From positions 5,056,001 to 5,120,000 of the forward strand of contig OZ245742.1 of NCBI GenBank assembly GCA_965227295.1: 64,000 nucleotides of DNA, written 5' to 3'. Within the stretch, counting starts at the first letter, position 1. Each line of letters opens with the position of its first letter. Source of the DNA: Leptonemataceae bacterium (GTDB lineage Bacteria; Spirochaetota; Leptospiria; Leptospirales; Leptonemataceae). Position numbers and translations under genes: made by a program. The notes under the pieces were generated by a model, which searched no databases, had not been told where the DNA came from, and saw only the letters and a program-made list of their open reading frames with translations. Positions 1 to 10,700 of the stretch are shown one piece after another.

Positions 1-388
1 ACCAGCCTGTACGCCGCAACCATTTGGCGTAGTCGTACGAGATCTTCGTCACTCCGTTCGCCTCCCGGTACTTAAAGAATTCTTCGAACAACATCCCCAG
101 TTTTTTCAATCGCGTGTGTTCCTCATCCCCTTCCAGGGGAATTTCGACGGAGTCCACAACCTCAAGCATGACCGAGTTCCACGAAGTATTGTAGCCGAAA
201 TTAAATTTTACGATGAGCCACTCACGCAGGGGGCCGCCGTCTCGACCGGTATCGTAACCGTCAATGTAAGCCAGAACGATGTCCGCATTCGGAGGATTGA
301 CGTACATTCCAGGTCGCGCACACATCGCTGCAACCAATCCGCGAAAGGCGTGATCGTTCACATTCTCCTGTGGTCCAGCGTTACTCAT
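1..388 (-). CDS. Small hypothetical protein (RPGMY...IDGY...EWL motif), 3' end runs off the window; absent from the ORF track
   Basis: Manual translation from ATG at 388: MSNAGPQENVNDHAFRGLVAAMCARPGMYVNPPNADIVLAYIDGYDTGRDGGPLREWLIVKFNFGYNTSWNSVMLEVVDS...YAKWLRRTGW, open to base 2; GAGG/AGGA RBS-like sequence upstream. Confidence 0.7.
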   Translation of the reverse strand, partial: MSNAGPQENVNDHAFRGLVAAMCARPGMYVNPPNADIVLAYIDGYDTGRDGGPLREWLIVKFNFGYNTSWNSVMLEVVDSVEIPLEGDEEHTRLKKLGMLFEEFFKYREANGVTKISYDYAKWLRRTGW

Positions 389-452
389 CGACAAATCCTA
401 TCCTCTCTGCTTGATCTTCCCCTCGGTCCCTCGGCCCTCGGAGTTATTATCC

Positions 453-2006
453 TCATCTCCCGGTCCCCCGCTGCCACAACTCGATCTCCGCCGCGCGGAA
501 GTCGTGCAGGGTCCGCAGGGCCTCATCTTCGGGGCGGCCGTAGACGAAGATCTCCGACGCGCCGCAATGGACGACGTCGGCCGGTTCACCGAACCTCGCT
601 TTGATCTGCGCCGGGTCAAGACGATCGGTCACGACGAAGTCGTACGGCGTATCGTCGAAGTACCAGTAGAAATTATTGATCCAGTAGTACGGTTCCAGGT
701 TCGGGCCGACCTGATTCACCGGCAGTCCCACGCGATAGCGCAGGTACTTCGCATTCCAGTAATCGGCGAGGCCGGCCTGCAAACTTCTTTCCACTGCAAG
801 TTTGCGTACGCAGGCGATCGGAGAACCGGCGGACGGCCCGCGCCCGAACGCAAACCAGGCGAGAGCCGCGAATAGCACGAGGCCGAGGCCGATGCCGATG
901 CCGATGCCGATGAAGATCGGGCGCGCCCGGGCGGCATGCGCGGCCAGAAAGATCGCCCCCGCCGCCAGATACGCAAACGGGGCGCCGAAGTAGCGCAGCG
1001 TAAACGGCAGTTCCGGATCCGCGGCGAGCATCGCCCCGTAAACGGCCAGGGCCGATGCAACGGCAAACACCGCCGCGAACGACACGCGCTCGTCCTGGTT
1101 GCGTCGTAGCGTCAGGATCATGGCCGGCACGAGCGACAACGCAAACACCGGCAGGTACCAGCGCGAGACCAGGAGCTGCGGCACGCGTTCCAGCATGACC
1201 GCGAGGGTCGGCAGACGCGCGTAGAACGTCACGTCCGGCCGGAGCCAGGGGAACACGTCCGCAAAAATCCGGTTGAGCCACAGTCCCGCAAGTACCGCGA
1301 CGCCGTGCAGGAGGAGTACGCGCAACGCCGTCGCTCGCCGCTCCGGCAGCCGCCACGCCGTAAACACCAGGGCCGCACCGGCGGGCAGCGCAAACCAGGC
1401 GAACCACACCCCGTCCGATGCCGCGGTCAACGCCTGCACAGGTACGAACGCCGTCGCCGCCGGCCAGGCGCGACGCCCCCGGCCGCCCTGCATCATACTA
1501 AACATCAACCCGGCGCATATTAGTGAAGCGAAGTACGTGCCGCCGCGGTACTGCGGAATCAGGAGATAGTGCCAGGGATGATCCGTGGACGCCAGGCTGC
1601 CGGCCGTAAACAACACAACGCCCGCGGCCAGACCGCTGAGTTTCGGTCGGGGAATGTTAAGAACCCCGGCCAGCCATACGTGCACGCCTGCGAACCAGAG
1701 CAACGCGCAGCCGCCCCAGGCGAGCATGGCCGGTACCAGGGGATCCGTGACGAACACGTTCGCGATACCGGCGAGCAGGAAGTACTGGAGCAGCTCCGGA
1801 AAGTACAGGGGAGAAGGCGGCGTCTGCCATCCACGGAGCGGATGCGGGTCCAGAAAGATGTCGGAGTAGAGCCCGTGATAAAAGAGCGCGTCGGCGTTAA
1901 ACAGAAAGTCCGGTTCGGAAAATGCCCGCGCTATGAAAAGGCCCAGGCCGAGGGCTGCCGGCACGCAGAAGAAGATCCAGTCCGACCATCCGACAGTCTT
2001 GCGCAT
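453..2006 (-). CDS. Polytopic membrane protein, possible GT-C-type glycosyltransferase
   Basis: 517 aa with about 12 hydrophobic segments, N-terminal FNADAL loop and a C-terminal soluble domain with a DYWNA motif. Confidence 0.6.
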   Translation of the reverse strand: MRKTVGWSDWIFFCVPAALGLGLFIARAFSEPDFLFNADALFYHGLYSDIFLDPHPLRGWQTPPSPLYFPELLQYFLLAGIANVFVTDPLVPAMLAWGGCALLWFAGVHVWLAGVLNIPRPKLSGLAAGVVLFTAGSLASTDHPWHYLLIPQYRGGTYFASLICAGLMFSMMQGGRGRRAWPAATAFVPVQALTAASDGVWFAWFALPAGAALVFTAWRLPERRATALRVLLLHGVAVLAGLWLNRIFADVFPWLRPDVTFYARLPTLAVMLERVPQLLVSRWYLPVFALSLVPAMILTLRRNQDERVSFAAVFAVASALAVYGAMLAADPELPFTLRYFGAPFAYLAAGAIFLAAHAARARPIFIGIGIGIGLGLVLFAALAWFAFGRGPSAGSPIACVRKLAVERSLQAGLADYWNAKYLRYRVGLPVNQVGPNLEPYYWINNFYWYFDDTPYDFVVTDRLDPAQIKARFGEPADVVHCGASEIFVYGRPEDEALRTLHDFRAAEIELWQRGTGR

Positions 2007-2056
2007 CTTCCTCCGTGTTCTCTGTGACTCTGCGGCGAGAGGTTCTCAGGGAGCGC

Positions 2057-3037
2057 TTACTCCGACTCGTCCAGCATCACACAATTCCGCCCGGCGTCCT
2101 TCGCTCGATACAGGGCGACGTCCGCGCGGTGCATGGCCGCCTCGATGGTACTTTCTCCGGCGCGCAGGCGGGAAACTCCGAAGCTCGCCGTGAAGTTGCG
2201 TTCCCCGCCGGGGGCGGGAACGCTCAGTTCCGCCGCGGCCAGGCGCACGCGATCGGCCACTTCCGCGGCCTCGGAGACGTCCGTTTCCGGCAGCAGGATG
2301 GCGAACTCCTCGCCGCCCAATCGTCCCAGGGTATCCGAACCGCGCAGATGCCGGCGCACGACCATGCTGAATTCCTGGAGGACACGATCCCCGGTGGCGT
2401 GACCGGCGGAGTCGTTGATTTCCTTGAAACGATCCAGGTCGATCATGACAATGGCAGGCAACCGCCCGCTGCGGCGCGAGCGATGCACCTCCAACTGTGC
2501 CACGTCCAGGAAGTGCCGCCGGTTGGCGACGCCGGTGAGCGGATCGGTAACGGCCAGGGAATGCAACTCGTGCTCGAGGTTTTTGTGTTCGGTAATGTCC
2601 GTAACCGAGGTGGCCCGGTACGGCCGGTCCTCGTGGCGGACGAGGTGCGAGGTAATGCGCGTCCAGATGGCCTTGCCGTCCTTGCGGGCGGTCAGGGCCT
2701 CGAAGGGACTCACGCGGTTGCCCCGGAGCACCTCGTTGTGCAGATGCAGCAGATGCTCGCGTTCTTCGGGGCGCGTGACCAGTGTAAAGCTGCGACCCAG
2801 GAGTTCGTGGGGTTCGTAGCCGTGGATCTCCGCGAAGGCGTGGTTCACCCGGACGAAGAGGCCCTCTTCGTCGATGAGGCAAAGGCCGGGCTCCACCGAT
2901 TCGAGAAAGGCCATGAGTAAATCTCGCTCCAGAGCGGCTTCGCGGTAGCGGCGCTCGCGGCGATACTCCAGGTTCAGGTCGGTGGTTTCGTAGAGAGAGT
3001 CGGTATTACGGGAATCGGTAGGATTACTCGAAAGCAT
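2057..3037 (-). CDS. PAS-domain diguanylate cyclase (GGDEF)
   Basis: PAS region (VNHAFAEIHGYEPHELLGRS), DPLTG, IDLDRFKEIND, RLGGEEF, ADVALYRAK. Confidence 0.95.
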   Translation of the reverse strand: MLSSNPTDSRNTDSLYETTDLNLEYRRERRYREAALERDLLMAFLESVEPGLCLIDEEGLFVRVNHAFAEIHGYEPHELLGRSFTLVTRPEEREHLLHLHNEVLRGNRVSPFEALTARKDGKAIWTRITSHLVRHEDRPYRATSVTDITEHKNLEHELHSLAVTDPLTGVANRRHFLDVAQLEVHRSRRSGRLPAIVMIDLDRFKEINDSAGHATGDRVLQEFSMVVRRHLRGSDTLGRLGGEEFAILLPETDVSEAAEVADRVRLAAAELSVPAPGGERNFTASFGVSRLRAGESTIEAAMHRADVALYRAKDAGRNCVMLDESE

Positions 3038-3123
3038 AGATCGGTGTATATATACGAAGTACGGGCGCGGAGTCCCGGATTCTGTCTCATTTTTCTATAA
3101 ACAACATACAATTCGAGAACTTT

Positions 3124-4209
3124 GTGCAAAAAAACTGTAAAAAACTCGGGCGACTTTTCGCCATCATCTTTCTGAGCCTGCTGTTGCTCCCCGGCACCGT
3201 CCGGGCGCAGCGCGCCCTGCCCGAACTCAAGGGCGCGGTCACGGATCCCGGCGGCCGGCTATCCGGCGCCGAAGTGAAAGAACTCGAGCAGATCATCTTC
3301 CGGCTCGAAGACGATACCGGCGCGCAGATGGCCGTACTGGTCACGGACTCGACGAAACCCGAGGCCATCGAGGCGTTCGCGATCCGCCTCGCGGAAGCGT
3401 GGAAGATCGGCCGCGCGGGGCAAGACGACGGCCTGATTCTGATTGTCGCCGTGGAGGATCGTCGACTGCGCATCGAGGTCGGCTACGGCCTGGAGGGGAT
3501 CGTACCGGACGTCATTGCCGCACGGATCATCCGCCAGGACATGGTGCCGCATCTCAAAGACGGGCAACTCTTCGAGGCCCTGCGCGCCGGACTCACCGAA
3601 CTCGACGAACGCATCCGGGTGGAACGCGCGCCGCGCGAGGAAAGCCCCCGGCAAGATACGCGAGATAGGCAGGACAGCGTCCAGGACTGGTGGGACTGGC
3701 TCTACTTCTGGTTCTATGAATGGTTCTTGTTCGGTTTTGTCGGTCGCTTCATCAATACGACGACGTTCGTCCTGCTCGCCGTCCTGGGCTACGGCGGGTC
3801 GTTCGCGACGTTTCTCTTTAAGAATCCGAAGGCCGGCGCCGGCGTCGCGGCCGGGGCGTTCGCCGGATTTCATTTCTTGCAAGATTGGTGGTGGTACGGC
3901 TATCCGTTCTTTGCGGTGATCCCCATTCTGATGGTGGCCGGCCTGCTGTTCCTGAGTTACACCTGGTTCTACAGTTCGCTCTGGAAGAACCGCGGCAAGT
4001 CCTCGGGGTCTTCCGGTTCGTCCCGCGGTCGCTCGCGCTCCTGGACCTACCGGCCCTCCTCAACTTCGAGGAGTTCCTACAGTTCTTCGCGTTCGTCCTC
4101 ATCTTTCCGCTCGTCGAGTTCATCCAGTTCATCCAGTTCTTCTTCGTCACGTTCCTACAGCGGCGGAGGCGGCAGCTTCGGCGGCGGCGGCGCGAGCGGG
4201 AGTTGGTAA
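3124..4209 (-). other. No minus-strand feature supported here; see the plus-strand TPM gene at the same coordinates
   Basis: Minus-strand ORFs in this interval are antisense shadows of the plus-strand gene. Confidence 0.05.
3124..4209 (+). CDS. TPM domain-containing (YgcG-family) membrane protein
   Basis: VTD..G.LS, GAQMAVL, WKIG...DDGLILIVAVEDRRLRIEVGYGLEG, TM segments, Ser-rich tail ending GGGGSFGGGGASGSW. Confidence 0.9.
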   Translation: MQKNCKKLGRLFAIIFLSLLLLPGTVRAQRALPELKGAVTDPGGRLSGAEVKELEQIIFRLEDDTGAQMAVLVTDSTKPEAIEAFAIRLAEAWKIGRAGQDDGLILIVAVEDRRLRIEVGYGLEGIVPDVIAARIIRQDMVPHLKDGQLFEALRAGLTELDERIRVERAPREESPRQDTRDRQDSVQDWWDWLYFWFYEWFLFGFVGRFINTTTFVLLAVLGYGGSFATFLFKNPKAGAGVAAGAFAGFHFLQDWWWYGYPFFAVIPILMVAGLLFLSYTWFYSSLWKNRGKSSGSSGSSRGRSRSWTYRPSSTSRSSYSSSRSSSSFRSSSSSSSSSSSSSRSYSGGGGSFGGGGASGSW

Positions 4210-4258
4210 CTCAAATTTACGTTTCGCTTGACCGAACGTAAGCCGGTCTTAGACTTAC

Positions 4259-5143
4259 GTGATGAACCTGTTGTTATCGATTCGCCCTCGCATCTTTTTT
4301 GCATCGTCCTGTTTGCTTGCGTTCGCGCTGCTCACCGCGGCCTGCGGCGGCGAACCTTCCGATGACGAAAAGCGCGCCGCCGCCGAATCGAACCGCGACG
4401 GCCTGCAACTCTTCCGCAACGCTCAGTTCGACCGCGCCCTCGAAGAATTCGAAGCCGCCGCCGACCTGGACTCCACCGACGCCGAGTATCCCAACAACGC
4501 CGGCATGGCCCTGCTGCAATTGAACCGCGCCGCGGACGCGCTCAGCGCTTTCGAAAGCGCCATCGATCTGAATCCCGACCTCGCCATGTATCATTACAAC
4601 CGCGGGCTCAGCCTGGTGCGTCTGCAACGCAAAGAAGACGCCCTCGCCGCGTTCCAAAAGGCCGCGGACATGAAAGAGGATTATTTCGATCCGCGTGCTT
4701 ACCTGGGGCTCTTGCGCTACGAGGCGGAGGACGTCGACGCCGCCATCAAAGCCTGGGAAGAGGCCACGGCCCTCAGCGACAACGCCGAGATCGAAAGCAA
4801 CCTGGCCATGGCCTACATGCAGAAGCAGCAGTTCGACCAGGCCGAGGCGCGGTTGCAAAAGGCGGTAAAGATGGCGCCGGAGTTTCCGCTCGCGTACTAC
4901 AACCTGGGCGTGCTGCATCAGCAAAAGAACGATCTCGCAAAGGCCGAGGCCGCCTACGCGAAAGCCGCACAGCTCGCTCCTGACAAATTCGAAACGTTTA
5001 TGAACTTAGGTATCGTTCAATCGAAGTTAGGAAAGAAGAACGAGGCCGTCGCCAGTTTCAAAGCATTCTTGCAGAAAGCGCCGCCGCAGTTGCAACAGCA
5101 ACGCGCCGACGCGGAGAAGCGCATCAAAGAACTGGGGGGTTAG
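4259..5143 (+). CDS. TPR-repeat lipoprotein (paralog group A)
   Basis: Lipobox LTAAC; TPR repeats (EYPNNAGMALL, YHYNRGLSL, AYYNLGVL). Confidence 0.9.
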   Translation: MMNLLLSIRPRIFFASSCLLAFALLTAACGGEPSDDEKRAAAESNRDGLQLFRNAQFDRALEEFEAAADLDSTDAEYPNNAGMALLQLNRAADALSAFESAIDLNPDLAMYHYNRGLSLVRLQRKEDALAAFQKAADMKEDYFDPRAYLGLLRYEAEDVDAAIKAWEEATALSDNAEIESNLAMAYMQKQQFDQAEARLQKAVKMAPEFPLAYYNLGVLHQQKNDLAKAEAAYAKAAQLAPDKFETFMNLGIVQSKLGKKNEAVASFKAFLQKAPPQLQQQRADAEKRIKELGG

Positions 5144-5150
5144 TACCGGC

Positions 5151-6515
5151 TCAGGGATACGTAATGTACTCCACCTCGCGCGTTTGCAGGAACCGGAGGC
5201 GATTGCCCGTATCGATGAGCAGCGCATCTCCGTACTGATCCAGGACGGCGCCGCGCACGACGCTCCCGTCACGGAGATTCAATAGCTCCAACTTGCCGTA
5301 CGTAGCGAGCAGGTGACGGTTGAACTGTTTCTCGCCCATGGACTGGAGCGTGATCGTTCCCAGTTGCACGCCGCCGGTCGCATCCTCGCGACAGGAGTTG
5401 CCACCGGCCCCGCTGCGCAGCTCGGTCTCGTACTGGTGCCAGGGAATGCTATACCTGGCACCGGAATCACTTTCCACACCCTGGAAGTATTCAATCTTCA
5501 GCTTGATGCGCGAGTTCGGCTTCACGTCGATGCAGAAACCGGGCCCATCGTAACTTGCAAACTTGCCCCGGCGACCCATGGCGGAGCTGTAGCCGTTGTA
5601 ATCGATGCCCTCGGCTGTAATCAACGGCTCCGCCAGGCCGCTGCCGTCCGGCATCAGCACGCCGGCAATCCGAATGCTCGAACGTTCTTCGATGGGCCGA
5701 TCGACGTTCCACCAGGAAAGATGCGGGAGCTTCATTTCGAAGTGACAGCCGTCCGCAGCGTGCACGACGGTTGCTGCGCCCTCCTCGATCCAGGTAGACC
5801 GCTCTTCATCGAAACTCCACAGCGGAATCGTTTCATCGTTCACCTCACCGTGGCACGGCAGACGCACGTCGATGCTGCGGCCTTTCGCGATCTGTAACTC
5901 GTTGCCGCTTTCATCATAGAACGACAGACTGAGCGCGCCCAGGCTTTCGATCATCACCTCCGCACCCTTCGCCGATTGTCCGGTGAAATCTCCGGGCATG
6001 GCCGCGATCTCCGGGCCGGTTACGTCCAATGCCGCGAACTCCGCGCGCACCGGACCGCGGGGTGAGCCCGCGAAGGCGTTCTTCGGCACTTCGATGGTGG
6101 CGCCATCGCTTTCGATGACGGCTTCTTCTCGGGCGTCGGCGATGATGTGTTGCGCGATGGGCGCGAGTTGAATGAGTTTATGATTTTGCCCTTCGCTTAT
6201 GTGAATGCGCGGGAAGGCCGGGGCGAAGTCCGGATGGCTGACACGCACATCATACTCGCCCGCGTCCAACTCGACGAGCACCCAACCGCGTTCGTTCGTC
6301 GTATACGTACGCCCGGCTAAGTTGATCTTAGCGCCGGCTACGCGCGCGCTGTCTGCCGGATCGAGGGATGCGACGGAGATCGTGACCGACGGGCCTTCGG
6401 GCACGGCAAGGCCGGGAACCGGCGCACGCTTCTGCGGTGCGGTGCAGGCGTATAAGAAGACGGTGAGTCCGGTGTAGAGTATGATTCGAACGGCGAACGT
6501 GTTGTGTAATGACAT
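5151..6515 (-). CDS. Lipoprotein with carboxypeptidase-regulatory-like, ZU5-like (HLSWWNVD) and C-terminal Sm-like domains
   Basis: Lipobox LYAC; GAKI...TTNERG...GEYDVRVSHPDF; IPLWSFDE...WIEEG...HLSWWNVD; LRDGSVVRG C-terminus. Confidence 0.7.
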   Translation of the reverse strand: MSLHNTFAVRIILYTGLTVFLYACTAPQKRAPVPGLAVPEGPSVTISVASLDPADSARVAGAKINLAGRTYTTNERGWVLVELDAGEYDVRVSHPDFAPAFPRIHISEGQNHKLIQLAPIAQHIIADAREEAVIESDGATIEVPKNAFAGSPRGPVRAEFAALDVTGPEIAAMPGDFTGQSAKGAEVMIESLGALSLSFYDESGNELQIAKGRSIDVRLPCHGEVNDETIPLWSFDEERSTWIEEGAATVVHAADGCHFEMKLPHLSWWNVDRPIEERSSIRIAGVLMPDGSGLAEPLITAEGIDYNGYSSAMGRRGKFASYDGPGFCIDVKPNSRIKLKIEYFQGVESDSGARYSIPWHQYETELRSGAGGNSCREDATGGVQLGTITLQSMGEKQFNRHLLATYGKLELLNLRDGSVVRGAVLDQYGDALLIDTGNRLRFLQTREVEYITYP

Positions 6516-6552
6516 GGCGTTGTTCCTGAATGTTTGCAGCGTGGATCGCTGA

Positions 6553-6569
6553 TGTTGTTCAGAACAACA
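6553..6569. promoter_or_regulatory. Perfect dyad TGTTGTTC-A-GAACAACA, candidate operator
   Basis: 8-bp inverted repeat with 1-nt spacer, 38 bp upstream of the ATG at 6515. Confidence 0.35.
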
Positions 6570-6656
6570 GAGTGCGGCGGGTTTCTTGCGAAATTTTATG
6601 TTTTTGCGCGAAGATTTTTTGCGAAGATTTCTGTGAGGCTTGTTGTTTGTTGTGGG

Positions 6657-7184
6657 TTATGCGGATCGGACTTCGCCGTTTTCGTACGTGAGAGTCGGCA
6701 CGCGTGAAGCGATGTCGCGCATAAACGCTTCTTTATCGACGGGGGATAGTAAGATGAATCCGATACCGCCGCGATTGTGTTCTACTTTCAGGCGATCGAT
6801 CGACAACGCCGGTGACGACAGGAGATTGCGGCTCGGTTTGATTGCAGTAACGGCGGATAGTTCCAGCCGCGTGCGGATGAGGCCGAAGCGGATGATGATG
6901 TGCGTGTCGGTTATCGTGTAACGCACCGGCCACACGAGCACGACGATCAACAGGACCGTGAACGCGCCGCTGGCGAGGAGTGTCGCGGCGGCGCCGGTGT
7001 TGGTGCTCCACTGCGCGGCTCCGGCGATCATGCCGGCCACGCCGCCGAGGACGAGGAGCAGGATCAACGCGCCGATCCAGTGGTCGACGCGGGAGGGGTA
7101 GTCTTTCGCGGGCATGGGGTGATGGTAAGATGGGCGGTTTGGGTTGGCAAGTGGGATGTTTAGTAATCTCTCTTCATTGGGCAA
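6657..7184 (-). CDS. Bacterial PH-domain membrane protein (bPH_5-like); start may be 7115
   Basis: YPSRVD.W, two TM segments, RYTITDTHIIIRFG, SSPALSIDRL, LSPVDKEAF. Confidence 0.8.
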   Translation of the reverse strand: MPNEERLLNIPLANPNRPSYHHPMPAKDYPSRVDHWIGALILLLVLGGVAGMIAGAAQWSTNTGAAATLLASGAFTVLLIVVLVWPVRYTITDTHIIIRFGLIRTRLELSAVTAIKPSRNLLSSPALSIDRLKVEHNRGGIGFILLSPVDKEAFMRDIASRVPTLTYENGEVRSA

Positions 7185-7719
7185 GATAAAAACTAAAAGA
7201 AACTTCAGCTCCGTCTAATTTCTTAAACCAGGGAAGTAAATTTTTCATGTCACTGAGAAAGTAGGCAATAAACTGAAATTCTTCCTGCTGTACGATATCG
7301 CTTATGCTATCAGGACTAGAAGAATCGAACACAGTCGGCCCCGTGCCCGTCCCGAGAACGTAATGACCTACGCGCTCCGAGTCTATAATCAGTTCAATTC
7401 CGCTTACTCCACTTTGCTGAACATTCCATATCGCCACTAAGAATTCGGCGTAAGTTACATTACCTTCAGTCTGAATGGTCAAAGTATCCACTTGGGATTC
7501 TATGAGCACGTCTCGAAGATTTTGGTCCCAAAAGTTGCCTTCCCACTTTTTTACATCCCTGAAACTCGGGTGCTTCTCGACTTTGACCTTTTCTCCATTT
7601 AGCTTCAGGCCATCCCGACTCACACTTAACACCGCACGCCCTTCAACGTCCGGCTGACAAGACTGGGAGAAAACCAGAAGTGTCGCCAACATGATTAAAG
7701 AGACATATCTCAAGCTCAT
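7174..7719 (-). CDS. Lipoprotein with an ExbD/TolR-like segment; putative immunity protein for the upstream peptidase toxin
   Basis: Lipobox SQSC; LTIQTEGNVTYAEFLVAIWNVQQSGVSGI; 4-nt ATGA overlap with the toxin stop; AT-rich like the toxin tip. Confidence 0.6.
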   Translation of the reverse strand: MSLRYVSLIMLATLLVFSQSCQPDVEGRAVLSVSRDGLKLNGEKVKVEKHPSFRDVKKWEGNFWDQNLRDVLIESQVDTLTIQTEGNVTYAEFLVAIWNVQQSGVSGIELIIDSERVGHYVLGTGTGPTVFDSSSPDSISDIVQQEEFQFIAYFLSDMKNLLPWFKKLDGAEVSFSFYLAQ

Positions 7720-10700
7720 TGCATCCGCCTACTATGGAATTCAGTAATGGAATTACACTCTACTCCGTAAAGCTTATTACACCTCCTTAGATCGATACGC
7801 GGGGGATAGAAGAATTCAGAACGAATACTATTCGTTCTACGAATAGCCGCATCTTCAAATGGGCCAACTTCGCTCTGAGATGTAGGTACATTGCCAGTAT
7901 TAATTTGAAGAGCATGTACTAATTCATGGGCAACTACGCCAGCTAAGTTTGCATCTACTAGTGAGTCTCCTGGCCCTACATATCTGATATCGCCATCTCG
8001 TAGCGAAGGGTTGATACCAATTTGAGCAGTCATGATTCCGGGATAACCAACATAAGTACGAGACCTGGTCCAAGGGTGCTTTGCTTCACTGGGTATTAAA
8101 CTGAAACCACCGGTCTCATGCACTTGCATTACTAGCTTTCTACCCGACGGCACTGACATCAACTTTCCAATCTCTCCCATTATGCGATCTTTGAATCCCT
8201 TTCCGTCATCAGTAATATACTTGCTCACAGAAGCATACGAGTTGGCAATTTTACCAAAATCGTCTCTCGAAATTATCTCCGAAAATGGAAATTTCCGCGA
8301 GAGGACCTCAGGTTTTAACTCCTCCTGAAGCAACTCCATGGCTTCCTTAGAGAAAACCTGGTAGTTTCCAAACGGCTCACGTCGTATTTCCGCACTGTTC
8401 CAGGTTGTGCGCAGGCGCTGCATCCGGGATTGTGAAATTATTTGAGCTTCATCTTTAATTGCATCGAAATTCGTGTAATAATCCTCTCGATCGACTTCCG
8501 CGAATACATCATCAGGCAGGACCAAGAACTTCCCGAACGATTCAACCGCATAGGGACCGTATTTTTCCTTAAGTTCTTGTGCCCGTTTGTCTCCATTTAA
8601 GCCCGCATCTCGGGTCTTTACTTCTGGATCCCCTCCAGCTTCGCCATCTTCACCACCAGTCTCACCACCACCACCAGTCTCACCACCACCGGCAGTCTCT
8701 TCACCGCCGCTCGTCGCATCGCCATCGCCGGTCTCTCCACCGCTCGTCTCACCGCCGGGCACTTCTTCCCCGCCGGCCACATCGTCATCATCACTGCCGA
8801 TCAAATCACTGATATCTTCCCCGGCCTGCTCCGCGGCGTTGCCGAGCACGCTCGCCACGTTACCCGCCTGGCCGAGCGGAGAATCTTCGCCGAGCGGAGG
8901 GTCCTCGCCCCACTTCGTCGGATCCATCGCCCAGTCTTTCAGATCGTTCAATTGATCGCCGACGGCGTTGAGGTACGGCGACGAGAACCCGTCCGCCTCG
9001 TTGTAATCGACCAGGTCGTATCCACCGCCGCTGACCGCGCCGGTAAAACCGTTCTGCGAATCATAACCGACGCCGAGATCCAGGCCGGCGTAACTTCCCG
9101 TAAACGAACCATCCACCTGATCGCCGTCGACACTGACGTCGAAGCCGTTACCGGTGACATCGCCGTGAAACGTTCCGCCGGTGAAGTCCACCGTGCCGTC
9201 GACGCCGAAACCCGAGCCGCCCAGGTTCGAGGCGTCCACGCCGAACTGCGACGCTAACTCATTCGCATCTCCGGTTAAGCTCAGGCCGCCCGGACCGTAA
9301 CCCGCGTCCAGACCGTAGCCGGAAGCGCTGCCGGTAAAACCGGTCTCCGAATTGTAGGCAAGATCCGCGTCAATGCCCGCAAACGAACCGCTGAACGCGG
9401 CGTCGCCGGTAAAGCCGCCGCCCATAAAATCATACGTACCGTTCACGCCGAGGCCGGAGCCGCCCAGGTTCGAAGCGTCCAGGCCGAACTGTGAAGCGAC
9501 CTGGCCGACATCGGCCGAGAGCGACAGCCCGCCGGGACCATAACCCGCGTCCAGGCCGTAGCCGGACGCATCCATCGAAAAGCCCGTGTTCGAATTCCAA
9601 CCGGCATCGAGGTCAAAGCCGCCGTACGAAATCGTATTCAGGCCCAGGTCGAGGCCGCCCTCCTGACTGTAGCTTAAGTCTCCGTGTTCAGAACTTAAGC
9701 CGGCGCTCAGTCCCTCGCTGGAGGAGTAGCCGATCTTCCCGCCGAAGTCGTCACCCAGGAACGAGGTATCCACGCCGAACTGATCGGCCACGGAAGCGAC
9801 GTCGGCGCTCACGCCCCAGTCGCCGTTGTTGTAGTTCGCTTCGACGCCGTAGGCCGAGGCGTCGGCGGTGAGCCCGCCGTTCTGCGAGTAGTTCACGTTG
9901 AGGTTCGCATCTTCGCCGCCCAACGACAGACTGCCGCCGAAGCCGTTCTCCTGATCGTAACTTAAATCCACCCAATCGTTGGAAAAGCCCGCCGAGAAAC
10001 CGTCGCTCGCGTTGTAATCTAAATCCAGGCCCCAATCGTCTCCGCCCAGATTTGCCCCGGCGGACAGGCCGCCGTCCTCCGAATAATTGATGCCGAAGTT
10101 ACCTATGTCGCCGCCGTACCCTAACGACGCACCGAAACCGTCCTCGCTATGATAACTCACCCCCGCCGAGAATCCGCCGTACTCCAGGCCCGCGGACACA
10201 CCTGTCCCGCCGTGCTCCGAATGGCTGACGGTAACTCGCGCCGGTCCGTAGCCGACACCAACGGAACCGCCAAAGCCGTCCTCCGGCGAATACGAGAGCC
10301 CCACACTCACGGCACCGCCGGTCATCGTTTGCACGTAACCGTTCGCGATACCGCCGACCGCGCCGACGAGGGCGCCCTGTAGACCGCCGCCACTGTTGTA
10401 CGCCTGGTAGGCTCCGTTGATCGCGCCGGCAACCATCAGCGAAGCACCGCCGGTAAACGGCGCGGCGATCACACCCACCGCCGTAATCACCCCGCTCACC
10501 GCGGCCTGGGTCTTCGCTTTCTTCGCGGCTTCTTTCGCTTTCTGGTGCTGCACGAACATCGACGTGAAGCCGGCCGGCAGACCCAGGGCCTGGTCGAGGG
10601 CGGACATCATCTGTCCTTCGGCGTAACTTTGAATGGCCTCGTGAGGTTTCGAGCCGCCCAGGATGGCGCTGATGATCGAAGGCGGAATACCCCAGGCTTC

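Noticed and set aside
882..911. (GCCGAT)4 hexamer run encoding IGIGIGIG
   Set aside because: Short and in-frame; no evidence of phase variation
4010..4206. Ser/Gly-rich low-complexity tract
   Set aside because: Normal C-terminal tail of TPM/YgcG-family proteins
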